The notes under the pieces: generated by a model
Told to the model about the DNA's origin: nothing
Databases searched by the model: none
Seen by the model: the letters and a program-made list of their open reading frames with translations, nothing else
Shown: positions 21,930-30,457 of the stretch, in pieces
Position numbering within the stretch: the stretch's first letter is position 1
Layout: each line of letters starts with the position of its first letter
Made by a program: the position numbers and the translations under genes
Source: Corynebacterium glutamicum ATCC 13032
Lineage (GTDB): Bacteria > Actinomycetota > Actinomycetes > Mycobacteriales > Mycobacteriaceae
Direction of reading: 5' to 3'
Assembly: GCF_000011325.1 (NCBI RefSeq)
Contig: NC_003450.3
Location: 60,001 to 92,000 of the forward strand
Length of the DNA stretch: 32,000 nt

Positions 21930-21936
21930 CGTGTTT

Positions 21937-21990
21937 GAGGGGGTGTGGTGGATACACATGGTTGTGTGTTCACTACACCCTCTCTTTTTT
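21937..21990 (+). terminator. rrn operon terminator 2 (tandem)
   Basis: GAGGGGGTGTGGTG (21937-21950) pairs with CACTACACCCTCTC (21971-21984) with two G-U pairs, followed by TTTTTT. Confidence 0.7.
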
Positions 21991-22055
21991 GTGTTTGTGG
22001 GGGTCTTGGGCCCCTTGTGCACGTGGCACCTGCGCCTGGGGGCAAGCGTCGACAA

Positions 22056-22096
22056 GCAAAAAGCTCGTACCTTCTTTATTTGAGGAGGTACGAGCT
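22056..22096 (-). terminator. Terminator of crnT (minus strand)
   Basis: Perfect 11-bp stem AGCTCGTACCT (22062-22072) / AGGTACGAGCT (22086-22096). On the minus strand it is followed by TTTTTGC. It lies 20 nt after the crnT stop. Confidence 0.75.
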
Positions 22097-22116
22097 TTAT
22101 CTGTCCTGGTGAAGTT

Positions 22117-23568
22117 TTAGATTTTTACAGCGATAGCTGGCTCAGGAAGGGTGATGCTGGTTTGTGAGACTTTGCCAGCGGCTTTTGGAATAAGGACTGC
22201 TGCGGTGATGGTGGCTGTTGCTGCGAATACAACGTTGATGCCAAGTGAAACTGTTCCGGCGAGTGCGACGTCGGAGTTGATGGAGGTGCCGTCGCGAAGT
22301 GCGAGGAACACTGAAGTGGAGATTGCGATGCCGAGTGCTGCGCCGAGGGAAGAGGACATCTTGAATACACCTGCACCAGCGCCGGTACGGTCTTTGGGAA
22401 GTGTTCCAAGCGCAGTATCGGTGACTGGGGTGGCGAAGAGTCCGAGGCCAAGGCCATAAAGGGAGAAGCCGGCGAGGGAGATGACGATGTACGTTGACTC
22501 GCTGACCGCGGTGATCATTAGGAGGGCGGTCGCGGTCGCTACCAAGATGCCAGCGGTGATGATCACTGCTCGGGCGCCAACTTTCTGCATGGCCTTTTCT
22601 CCAACTCGAATGAAAAGGATGACAAAGGCTGCGAAGCCGATGCTGGTGAGTCCCGAGATTGTTGGGGAGACACCCCATCCCATTTGCTGAACCCACATGA
22701 CAACGGCAACTACTCCGCCAGTAGCGCTCATAATGAAGTTGGTGATGGTCGCACCGCTGAAGGCGTGGTCTTTGAAAAGGTTGAAGTCGAGAACTGGCCA
22801 GCTGGCGATGCGTTCAATGAAGACGAAAACTGCAAGAAATGTCAAAGAAACGGCAAGGAGAGTCCAGGTCATCCAGTGCGTCCAGCCAAGTGATTCACCT
22901 TGGGTAATAAACAATTCAAGAGATAGAACACTGAGGGCAAGAACGATGATGCCACTCCAATCCAAATGCATGCCAATGGATTGAGCCGGACGGGATTCCG
23001 GGATGTGGCGGGTAAGGGCAATAGCAACGATGGAGACGATCGCGCAGAGGGCGAAGATTCCTCTCCAACCAAAGGGGCTTGCTACAACAAGACCCGCGAA
23101 AAGCGCGCAGAATCCGGTGCCACCCCATGAACCAATGGACCAAATGGAGACTGCTCGTTGGCGGTCAGTACCTAACCAATATGTCTTAACTAATGCTAGG
23201 GATGCAGACATGATGGCCGCTGCTGCCAGTCCTTGGAGAACTCGGCCGGTGATCACCATTTGGGTGGCTAAAGAAGTCGTTGCCGTGGCGATGAGGAGAG
23301 ATCCCAGGATGTTAAGGATGTTGCCAATCATCATGATTCGTACTCGGCCAAAGACATCTGCGATGCCGCCGGCTGCGACGATAAATGTTCCACAGAATAA
23401 CGCGGCGGCCACGACAGCTATGTTCATGGTGCCATCGCTCATCCCTAAATCAGTTGCCATATCTGGGCCGATATTTAGGGTTGACTGAGCAAAAAGCCAA
23501 AATGTGAGAACTGATAAAACTATGCCGATGAGGGCTTTATCATCGCCTTTAAAAGATGTGTAAGACAT
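22117..23568 (-). CDS. crnT: MFS transporter (14-TMS DHA2-like); creatinine transporter CrnT type
   Basis: 483-aa polytopic MFS protein. It lies immediately downstream of codA and behind two AmtR boxes, matching my recollection of the C. glutamicum codA-crnT locus. RBS AAGGGAG. Confidence 0.75.
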   Translation of the reverse strand: MSYTSFKGDDKALIGIVLSVLTFWLFAQSTLNIGPDMATDLGMSDGTMNIAVVAAALFCGTFIVAAGGIADVFGRVRIMMIGNILNILGSLLIATATTSLATQMVITGRVLQGLAAAAIMSASLALVKTYWLGTDRQRAVSIWSIGSWGGTGFCALFAGLVVASPFGWRGIFALCAIVSIVAIALTRHIPESRPAQSIGMHLDWSGIIVLALSVLSLELFITQGESLGWTHWMTWTLLAVSLTFLAVFVFIERIASWPVLDFNLFKDHAFSGATITNFIMSATGGVVAVVMWVQQMGWGVSPTISGLTSIGFAAFVILFIRVGEKAMQKVGARAVIITAGILVATATALLMITAVSESTYIVISLAGFSLYGLGLGLFATPVTDTALGTLPKDRTGAGAGVFKMSSSLGAALGIAISTSVFLALRDGTSINSDVALAGTVSLGINVVFAATATITAAVLIPKAAGKVSQTSITLPEPAIAVKI

Positions 23569-23579
23569 CTAAACTCCCT

Positions 23580-23599
23580 TTTCTATCAATCTATAGAAA
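23580..23599. promoter_or_regulatory. AmtR box 1 (nitrogen repressor operator) upstream of crnT
   Basis: TTTCTATcaatctATAGAAA is a perfect match to the AmtR consensus tttCTAT-N6-ATAGaaa. It abuts the crnT RBS. Confidence 0.8.
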
Positions 23600-23625
23600 C
23601 TTGCAAAATCGACTTTAAGTCATAC

Positions 23626-23645
23626 TTTCTATAGATTGATAGAAA
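23626..23645. promoter_or_regulatory. AmtR box 2 upstream of crnT
   Basis: TTTCTATagattgATAGAAA is the exact reverse complement of box 1, including the 6-nt spacer. Confidence 0.8.
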
Positions 23646-23687
23646 TGTGGGGAGTGCCACAAAATTTAAGGAGGCCCAACTGGGCTG

Positions 23688-24935
23688 TTAGATGTTCCAG
23701 TCCACCTGTTCGGGCTCCCTGGAGAGCACCTTTTTGCCGCGGTGGATGCTCAAAAGTACGGAAGCTTTTCTCTGTACAGCTTCCTTCTCGCTGCTCGCAT
23801 CAAGAACCAGCAGGTTCGCCGGGGAGTTTTCTGCAATGTCGTAATTGTCCAGGCCTAGGTTTCCGGCTGGATTGGTGGTGATGAACGATAGTGCATTCTT
23901 CAAGTGGCTGGCTGTGAGCATGTGGGACACGTGTAATCCAGAATCGAGAATGCGGAGTAGATCTCCATCGCCCATGGGGTAGAAGGGGTCATTGAGTGAG
24001 TCCTGGCAAAAACTTACTGGAATTCCCCATTCGGTAAGTTGCTTTACCGGTGCAACACCTCGGGGGACGGGTCCTTGGAAACCAAGTCCTTGCAGATGGA
24101 GGTTTTCATTGGGGCATACTGCAAAACGAACCTTTGATGCTGCGAGCTTGGGTAAAAGTCGCGCCATGTAGCCAGGTGAGTAATAGGCCATCGCCACAGA
24201 ATGAGACACCACGGTTTGTGCGCCCATGTCACGTTTTGCGGCTTCTGCGGCGAGGACTTCGACAAATCGGGAATGTGGATCGTCAATTTCATCAGTGTGG
24301 ATATCGATGGGGGCTGAGTGCTTCTCTGCAAGGTCGAACAGCCATTTCACCGACTCGACGCCATCGTCTCGGGTGGGTTCAAGGTGTGGGATGCCACCAA
24401 CGACATCTGCACCTGCAGACATTGCATCTGAGATTAGCTTCTGGCCACCTTCGTAGGCGTAAATGCCATTTTGCGGGAAGGCGACAATCTGGATATCGCA
24501 CCACTCGCGGACTTCATCGCGCAGCTCCGCAATTGCTTCGAATCCAGCAAACGTGGGATCGGTGACATCTACGTGAGTGCGGATGAAACCAACGCCGTGT
24601 TCTGCTGCCCGACGGGCTGCCTGGAGGGCCTTCGCTTTAATGTCTTCTTTGATGTGGAAGCCTTGGGTCTTGCGGTCGGCCCAGATTTCGATGGCTTCAA
24701 AAAGTGTGCCGGAAGAGTTTTCGCGAGGGATTCCAGCGGTGTTTGCGTAGTCAAGGTGGATGTGTGCTTCGGCGAACTGGGGTGCGACCAGTCTTCCTGC
24801 GGCATCGTAATCGTCCGCGCGGTGATCTTCTTCTGATCGAATTGAAGAGGGGGTAATCGAGGAAATTTTTTCACCCTCTATGGTGATATCAACTAACTCT
24901 GCGTAGTTCTTAACCTGGGCGTTTGTAATGCGCAC
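23688..24935 (-). CDS. codA: Cytosine/creatinine deaminase (amidohydrolase superfamily)
   Basis: HxH metal motif (FAEAHIHLD) and a CodA-like N-terminal beta-sandwich (ITNAQV...ITIEGEKISSI). I place the start at the GTG at 24935, which has GGAG 6 nt upstream. The ORF track's TTG at 24959 is an alternative. Confidence 0.85.
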   Translation of the reverse strand: MRITNAQVKNYAELVDITIEGEKISSITPSSIRSEEDHRADDYDAAGRLVAPQFAEAHIHLDYANTAGIPRENSSGTLFEAIEIWADRKTQGFHIKEDIKAKALQAARRAAEHGVGFIRTHVDVTDPTFAGFEAIAELRDEVREWCDIQIVAFPQNGIYAYEGGQKLISDAMSAGADVVGGIPHLEPTRDDGVESVKWLFDLAEKHSAPIDIHTDEIDDPHSRFVEVLAAEAAKRDMGAQTVVSHSVAMAYYSPGYMARLLPKLAASKVRFAVCPNENLHLQGLGFQGPVPRGVAPVKQLTEWGIPVSFCQDSLNDPFYPMGDGDLLRILDSGLHVSHMLTASHLKNALSFITTNPAGNLGLDNYDIAENSPANLLVLDASSEKEAVQRKASVLLSIHRGKKVLSREPEQVDWNI

Positions 24936-25094
24936 AAGAACTCCATTTCTACATGTCAAGGCATATTTTCAAACTCTGGAGGATCCAGATGCTATCTATT
25001 CTATTGCTTGACAGGTATTAGTGTGGAGTTAAATAAAAATGGTGAGCTGTCGTAGATAGTTTCTCAGCATTGCCTCTGCGTCGGGGACCTCCGC

Positions 25095-25623
25095 TTAGCC
25101 TTGTCCGAGAACCTCGATAGTTTTCATCGGGGTTGAGGTGGTCGAGGTAACTGGTCCGAGGACAGCTGCAGTATCGGTGATGGATGCGTCTGGAGTGTCT
25201 CCCGCTCCACTGACCTCAACTGATGATTCTGGGGGCTTCGCCTTCACCAGCCAGTTGCTATCCGTTAGGCTGAGCTTCATTTCCGCCGGAGACATCTGCT
25301 CCAGAAACGGCTGACGCATCCCCAACTGTTCCTTTGAGTCCGCAGCTTTCTGCTGCTGTATCCACTTGTGCCAAAGTAGCAAGGGTCTGATTTCCACGAT
25401 CATGAAATACAGCTAGAGCTTGGGCTTAGGCAACTTTGTTTTGATAATCCGCGTCGTTGGTCCAATAGGCTTCCACTGTGGCACAAGAAATTTCACCTTG
25501 AGGGACTTGGCTCAGGAGAGCACCAACTGCGAGTGGGGTAAATAAGCGGGCAGAGAACTTAAGCATGGGAAAATAATGCATTTTGACTAGCGTACTTCTG
25601 CCTAGCATGCACAAAGCCCCCAC
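25095..25623 (-). pseudogene. Decayed paralog of the adjacent secreted-protein gene (in-frame stop plus frame change)
   Basis: GEISCATVEAYWTNDADYQNKVA-stop-AQALAVFHDRGNQTLATLAQVDTAAESCGLKG (same frame through the TAA at 25426-25428) aligns with GEISCSQAEKYWTTEADYNSKVAQANALAMFDSRGPQIQAALARVDEAANRCGLKG of the neighbour. The C-terminal similarity (TPMKTIEVLGQG vs SPTFTIEVPGVGG) is in a different frame (ORF 25095..25403). Confidence 0.55.
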
Positions 25624-25659
25624 GCGGATCTCCGTGAGGGTTAAGGGATGTGAATAGAT

Positions 25660-26220
25660 TTAGATCTTGATTCCGAACTGTGCCAAGAACTGTTGGACGA
25701 TTTGGTATAGATCTGGCAGCTGAACCCCGCCAACTCCTGGAACTTCAATGGTGAAAGTTGGTGATCCTGCAGGTGCAAGGTTAACCACAGGGGTAGCTGC
25801 TGGTGCTGCTGGTGCTGCTGGGGCAGGGGCAGTCTGAGAAGTGCCGGTGTTATCCTGCGGTGCAGGTGCTGGAGCGGCAGGCGCAGCCTCAGTTGCCTCA
25901 GCCTGCGCAGCTACGGTGCCGCCCTTGAGTCCGCAGCGGTTTGCTGCTTCGTCAACGCGTGCGAGAGCTGCCTGGATCTGTGGGCCGCGGGAGTCAAACA
26001 TTGCCAAGGCGTTGGCCTGTGCAACCTTGCTGTTGTAATCAGCTTCGGTGGTCCAGTACTTTTCAGCCTGGGAGCAGCTGATCTCACCGGATGGGAGGGC
26101 TGCGAGGGCGTTGTCGACGATGTCAGCGGATGCGATTGCAGGAGTTGCAAGGGTTGCTGCACCAACGAAGGTTGCGGTGAGGGCTACGGTCTTGGTTTTT
26201 GCAGAGTTAAGAAAGCTCAT
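25660..26220 (-). CDS. Secreted hypothetical protein with Ala/Pro-rich linker
   Basis: The start at the ATG at 26220 gives a Sec signal peptide MSFLNSAKTKTVALTATFVGAATLATPAIASA|D. Two Cys are present (GEISC...NRCG), with a PAPAPAAPAAPA linker. The upstream extension to 26277 in the ORF track is not signal-like. Confidence 0.65.
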   Translation of the reverse strand: MSFLNSAKTKTVALTATFVGAATLATPAIASADIVDNALAALPSGEISCSQAEKYWTTEADYNSKVAQANALAMFDSRGPQIQAALARVDEAANRCGLKGGTVAAQAEATEAAPAAPAPAPQDNTGTSQTAPAPAAPAAPAATPVVNLAPAGSPTFTIEVPGVGGVQLPDLYQIVQQFLAQFGIKI

Positions 26221-26317
26221 AACCAATAACCATACGGATGTAACTGAAATACACCAGTGTTGCGGGTGAGAATTCACTAACAGTTTAATAAACCGAGATG
26301 TGGCTTAGGATAGGGGA

Positions 26318-27244
26318 GTGTTTGATGAACTCACTGCTCGTGCCCACAATTCAGCGCTGAGGTCTATTGCTCGCGTCGTCGCGGAGACGGTAGAGCCAAT
26401 GGGGGAGGATGTGGCGAGGGTGGGCGTCGTAAAGCAATTAAAGGCCGGGAACGTGCTGGCGGTGACTGGGGCTGGGGTGTCGACGGACTCGGGCATCCCT
26501 GATTATCGCGGCCCGAAGGGCAGCTTGAGCAGGCATCGGCCGATGACGTACCAGGAGTTTCGGCATGATCCGGCGGCGTCGCATCGCTATTGGGCGCGGT
26601 CGTTTGTGGGGTGGCGGGTGATGGATCAGGCGCGGCCGAATCGAACGCACTACGCCATGGTTGAGCTGGAGCAGCATGGTTTTTTAAGTGGTGTGGTCAC
26701 CCAAAATGTCGATGGTTTACACGCGGAAGCAGGCACGAAAAACCTGGTCGCGCTGCATGGTGATCTCGCCCATGTGATGTGTTTGAACTGCGGTTTCGGG
26801 GAGGATCGACACCTCTTTGATGAACGTCTCGAAGCCGCCAACCCCGGCTACGTCGCTTCCATTCGCCTGGAACCGGGCGCAGTCAACCCCGACGGCGACG
26901 TCTTCCTCGACGAAGAACAAGTACGCCGCTTCACCATGATCGGCTGCTTGCGCTGCGGCTCGCTCATGCTCAAACCAGACGTGGTTTACTTCGGCGAACC
27001 CGTGCCCGCCGCGCGCAAAAAAGATTTAAAAAAGCTTCTCGACGCCTCCTCCAGCCTCTTAATCGCCGGCTCCTCCCTAGCCGTCATGAGTGGATACCGG
27101 ATCGTCATCGAAGCGCAACGTCAAGGAAAACAAGTGTCTGTCATCAACGGCGGCCCAGGTCGGGCGGATTCCCGCGTGGACATTTTGTGGCGCACCCGCG
27201 TTGCACCGGCCTTTGATGACATTTTGGACGCGCTGGACCTTTAG
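26318..27244 (+). CDS. Sir2-family NAD-dependent protein deacylase (sirtuin)
   Basis: GAGVSTDSGIPDYRG, QNVDGLH, zinc ribbon CLNCG...CLRCG, PDVVYFGE. GTG start; its exact position is uncertain. Confidence 0.85.
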   Translation: MFDELTARAHNSALRSIARVVAETVEPMGEDVARVGVVKQLKAGNVLAVTGAGVSTDSGIPDYRGPKGSLSRHRPMTYQEFRHDPAASHRYWARSFVGWRVMDQARPNRTHYAMVELEQHGFLSGVVTQNVDGLHAEAGTKNLVALHGDLAHVMCLNCGFGEDRHLFDERLEAANPGYVASIRLEPGAVNPDGDVFLDEEQVRRFTMIGCLRCGSLMLKPDVVYFGEPVPAARKKDLKKLLDASSSLLIAGSSLAVMSGYRIVIEAQRQGKQVSVINGGPGRADSRVDILWRTRVAPAFDDILDALDL

Positions 27245-27246
27245 AC

Positions 27247-27554
27247 TTTTGGTGGCTTAAGTTCGATTTCACGGTACCGATTTCGCAAGTTCGGTACCTT
27301 GCGCTCAATTTCTCAACGGCGATTTCGGTTTTTGGTGGTTTTCCTAGTGATCTCGCTCTTAAGAAATTGGAAGTATGAAATCGAACTTAAGTGCGGAGAC
27401 CTCCGCCCAGACACGGCTACACGAGTGCTACAGTTCGACTTCACGTGCGCTGACTTCTCATACTCAACTTCTTAACCTCGACTTCACTCGGAAAAGTCCG
27501 CAATCCGGAGTGGAGTCAGCACACGTGAAGTTGAGCTTTAGACAACCACCAAAA
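27247..27554. repeat. Repeat-filled intergenic module bounded by imperfect inverted repeats of about 26-30 bp
   Basis: The left end TTTTGGTGGCTTAAGTTCGATTTCAC (27247-27272) matches the reverse complement of 27525-27554 (TTTTGGTGGttgtCTAAAGCTCAACTTCAC) at 22/26 positions with a 4-nt indel. Internal copies are GAAATCGAACTTAAG (27377-27391, exact inverse of 27256-27270), AGTTCGACTTCAC (27432-27444) and CTTAACCTCGACTTCAC (27471-27487), plus about 5 further degenerate TCRAYTTC units and a third TTTTGGTGG at 27330. Confidence 0.6.
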
Positions 27555-27557
27555 CCC

Positions 27558-28532
27558 CTAGTTCTCCGCAGTCTCGGAAATCTCCACCAATTTGCTCAAA
27601 TCCGCCCTGACCAGTGCGCGTACGCGGGGATCGTAAGGCATTGCTTCGTGGAGCACGACTGAATTGGGGTCGAGGTTTTCCACCCAGATGTTTTGGACCC
27701 GCTTGAGTTCTTCGGGGTTCCGGGCCTCTAGGAAGCAGGTTTCAGGGGGCTGAATCACGGTGTCAAAGTGGGTGGCGATGCACAGATATGTCACGTCTGG
27801 ATCCAAATCGCCGCCTTCATTGATGGCGTTGATGGTGTCGTGTCCGCGGATCATTTCAAATCCAGCTTCGCCGAACCATGATTGAACGACAGAATTAACC
27901 ACACTTTCGCCACGATTGTTACGGATTAGCGGGCTGACGATTCCGCCCATGGTGGTGCCGTGATTGGGGACAGCGAGGGAGACCATGTGTTTGACTTTGG
28001 ATGCACCACCCAAAACACGCATCCAGTATCTCAGCAACACGCCGCCTTGGGAGTGGCCAACGACAATGACTTTTGAGGCTCCTGTAGCAAGCAATACTGT
28101 ATCTATATAGGCGCCAATTTGTGCGGATGATTCTGCGACTGAACCGGTGGCGCGTTGGCCAAATTCGGGTGCAAACACTGCCCAGCCGTCGCGGCGTAGA
28201 TCGGCTCCCAAGTCTTGCCAATCACCTTTTGTTGATCCAGTTCCGTGGACTAATACCACTGGCCAGGGGCGGTCTTCGGTGGGGCGGGCGCGCCAATCGT
28301 CTTCAAAAAGTCCACGTGAACGTATGCGCGCGAGCATCGGCAAGGAATCTGTTTTGTCTTCGTTGAGTTTGCCGCGGTTTTTGGGATCACGGTAGAAATT
28401 TATCGCAATCTCTTCCACTACATCGTCTGGCAAGGCATCGGCCTGCGGGGCGTTATCAGTGGGGAGGTTTTTCCACACGGACCTTAACGCGTTTGTGAGT
28501 TCTCGGCGGAGATCATTGAGGGCGTCAACCAT
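27558..28532 (-). CDS. Alpha/beta-hydrolase, lipase/esterase-like (paralog 1)
   Basis: Nucleophile elbow GHSQGG, with VVLVHGTGSTKGDW upstream (oxyanion region). No N-terminal signal peptide is visible. By eye it is roughly 55-60% identical to the neighbouring ORF. Confidence 0.8.
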   Translation of the reverse strand: MVDALNDLRRELTNALRSVWKNLPTDNAPQADALPDDVVEEIAINFYRDPKNRGKLNEDKTDSLPMLARIRSRGLFEDDWRARPTEDRPWPVVLVHGTGSTKGDWQDLGADLRRDGWAVFAPEFGQRATGSVAESSAQIGAYIDTVLLATGASKVIVVGHSQGGVLLRYWMRVLGGASKVKHMVSLAVPNHGTTMGGIVSPLIRNNRGESVVNSVVQSWFGEAGFEMIRGHDTINAINEGGDLDPDVTYLCIATHFDTVIQPPETCFLEARNPEELKRVQNIWVENLDPNSVVLHEAMPYDPRVRALVRADLSKLVEISETAEN

Positions 28533-28541
28533 GTCCCCAAC

Positions 28542-29444
28542 TTAGCCGAGGCGTGCCACCCGGTCGAGCTCTGCGCGTACGATTTCGATCACCCTGGGAT
28601 CGCGCACCATATCGTTGTGGGCAATCATTGCGCGCGGGTGTTCATCTTCGACCCAAATATTGTGGACTCGATTTGGATCATCGTCCTCGTTGACCTCCAA
28701 AAAGGCCACCTCCGGAGGTTGGATGAAAGGATCAAAATGGGTACCAATGCAGGTGTAGGTGACGCCTGGATCGAGGTCCCCACCGTCGGCCAAAAACTCG
28801 ATGATGTCGTGTCCGCGCAGCTGTTCAAAACCAGTGGGCCCGAATAGTCTGTGCATCAGCTTTTCGATCGTTCCCTCTCCCGATTTCACCTTCGTCATCG
28901 GGTTTAAAATGCCTCCCATGAGCGTTCCGTGATTTGGCGTAGAGATGGAAATCATGTGCCTGACCTTCATGTATCCGCCGTAGGTGCGCATCCAATACCG
29001 CGCCACGACACCGCCTTGCGAATGCCCAACCAGCACAATCTGCGCAGCGCCCGTCACCAACAAAACGGCATCAATATACGCACCAATTTGGGCAGCCGAC
29101 GCCGCAATTGGCTCGGTGGCACGCGTTCCAAAGTCAGGGGCAAACACGGCCCAACCTTTGCTGCGCAGCTCAGCGCCCATTTCCTCCCATGAACCCTTGC
29201 TGGCCCCGGATCCGTGAATTAGCACGATCGGCCACGGTCGCGCACCACTTGGTCGCGCCCGCCAATCATCCTGGAAAAACCCCTTCGGCTTCAGCCGCGC
29301 CGTCAGGGGCAGGGTGATATTTGTTGCGTGATCGTAGAGTTCTTGGGTGAATTCCTCCGCAAAATCCTCGCGCGGATTCCGGCGCACCTTAGCCACCCCA
29401 CGTGTAATCGCGCGCTTGAACAAACCAGAATTTTCCTGGGACAT
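28542..29444 (-). CDS. Alpha/beta-hydrolase, lipase/esterase-like (paralog 2)
   Basis: GHSQGG and IVLIHGSGASKGSW. It is collinear with paralog 1 over essentially the full length. A 9-nt gap to the downstream paralog suggests an operon. Confidence 0.8.
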   Translation of the reverse strand: MSQENSGLFKRAITRGVAKVRRNPREDFAEEFTQELYDHATNITLPLTARLKPKGFFQDDWRARPSGARPWPIVLIHGSGASKGSWEEMGAELRSKGWAVFAPDFGTRATEPIAASAAQIGAYIDAVLLVTGAAQIVLVGHSQGGVVARYWMRTYGGYMKVRHMISISTPNHGTLMGGILNPMTKVKSGEGTIEKLMHRLFGPTGFEQLRGHDIIEFLADGGDLDPGVTYTCIGTHFDPFIQPPEVAFLEVNEDDDPNRVHNIWVEDEHPRAMIAHNDMVRDPRVIEIVRAELDRVARLG

Positions 29445-29614
29445 GTGCTCACACTAGCGCCGTAGGCCGGCTTGCGCTCGGCAAGTGTTTTGCTTATCGA
29501 CGTCTCCCCACATAACAATCCCAACTCGAAGCACCAACGATTCAAGCCTTATCAGTTTTGTACAGGAAAATAGTGCAAAAATGGGGTTTAAGCTTCGTGG
29601 AGAGGATTGTCATC

Positions 29615-30448
29615 ATGAACAACGTGCAACAGTTTCATCGATTTTTTGATGATTCCGCAGTCTATTATCCCTGCTTCGTCCCGCTTGACCGAGCCATCGG
29701 CGAACACTTTGATCGTCAGAACAAACCGATGTCCAGATTCATCGGAACGCTCATTCTGCCGTTAGCCAAACTGGAAGAAGCCGCCCAATACACCGGCGAT
29801 GAAGTCCTTCGCGTGTCGGCAGTAATCAGTACTGATGGGCTCGCTGATCTGCGAAGGGATTTTTACGAACTCCCCAACATCGACATCGCCTCGGTGGAAA
29901 TCAAGCTGGTCGGCGCAGCCCTCACCAACACCGCTTGGTTGGGAGATGTGGAAAAACTCATCCAACAACATCGCAACACTTTCGTATGGGTTGAGATTCC
30001 GACAGCCCTGGTCACCGCAGATATTGTCCGAAAACTCCGCCACATGGGAGCTGGCCTGAAATACAGAACTGGAGGTGATAGGGAAGAGCTCTTCCCCTCA
30101 CCGCAGGACTTGGTCACTGTGCTGCGCACCGCCATCGATGCTGCATTGCCGTTTAAACTCACTGCAGGCCTGCATCGTGCTCTCAGGTATCGTGACGAGA
30201 AAACCGGCCGACTTCACTTCGGATTCCTCAACATTGCAGCCGCCGTGGCGACACTTCGTGCTGGAAAAGGCGAGGCAGAGGCACTGAAGATCCTTGAAGG
30301 CGATGATGCCGCTCCGCTTATTCACGCACTACAAAGCGGCGAAAACTGGCGGGATTCCTTCCGCAGCTTCAGTACCTGCAATGTTGTTGAACCACTCAAC
30401 ACTCTGATTGATCTTGATGTGTTGGCGGAAGGAGACGTACATCCCTAA
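29615..30448 (+). CDS. Uncharacterised soluble protein
   Basis: The ATG at 29615 is preceded by GGAGAGG. 277 aa with no TM segments. Notable blocks are LKYRTGG and PFKLTAGLHRALRY. I cannot assign a family from memory. Confidence 0.55.
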   Translation: MNNVQQFHRFFDDSAVYYPCFVPLDRAIGEHFDRQNKPMSRFIGTLILPLAKLEEAAQYTGDEVLRVSAVISTDGLADLRRDFYELPNIDIASVEIKLVGAALTNTAWLGDVEKLIQQHRNTFVWVEIPTALVTADIVRKLRHMGAGLKYRTGGDREELFPSPQDLVTVLRTAIDAALPFKLTAGLHRALRYRDEKTGRLHFGFLNIAAAVATLRAGKGEAEALKILEGDDAAPLIHALQSGENWRDSFRSFSTCNVVEPLNTLIDLDVLAEGDVHP

Positions 30449-30457
30449 GGATCGACG

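Noticed and set aside
24960-25094. AmtR box upstream of codA. Candidates: CTATctattcTATT at 24992-25005, and CTGTcgtagATAG at 25047-25059.
   Set aside because: Only one good half-site is present in each. The second candidate has a 5-nt rather than 6-nt spacer. This is not supportable as an operator from sequence alone.
27375-27662. 95-aa ORF on the + strand inside the repeat module, running into the lipase gene.
   Set aside because: It has no RBS and a Ser/Thr/Leu-rich low-information translation. It overlaps the 3' end of a confident minus-strand gene and is composed of the short DNA repeats.
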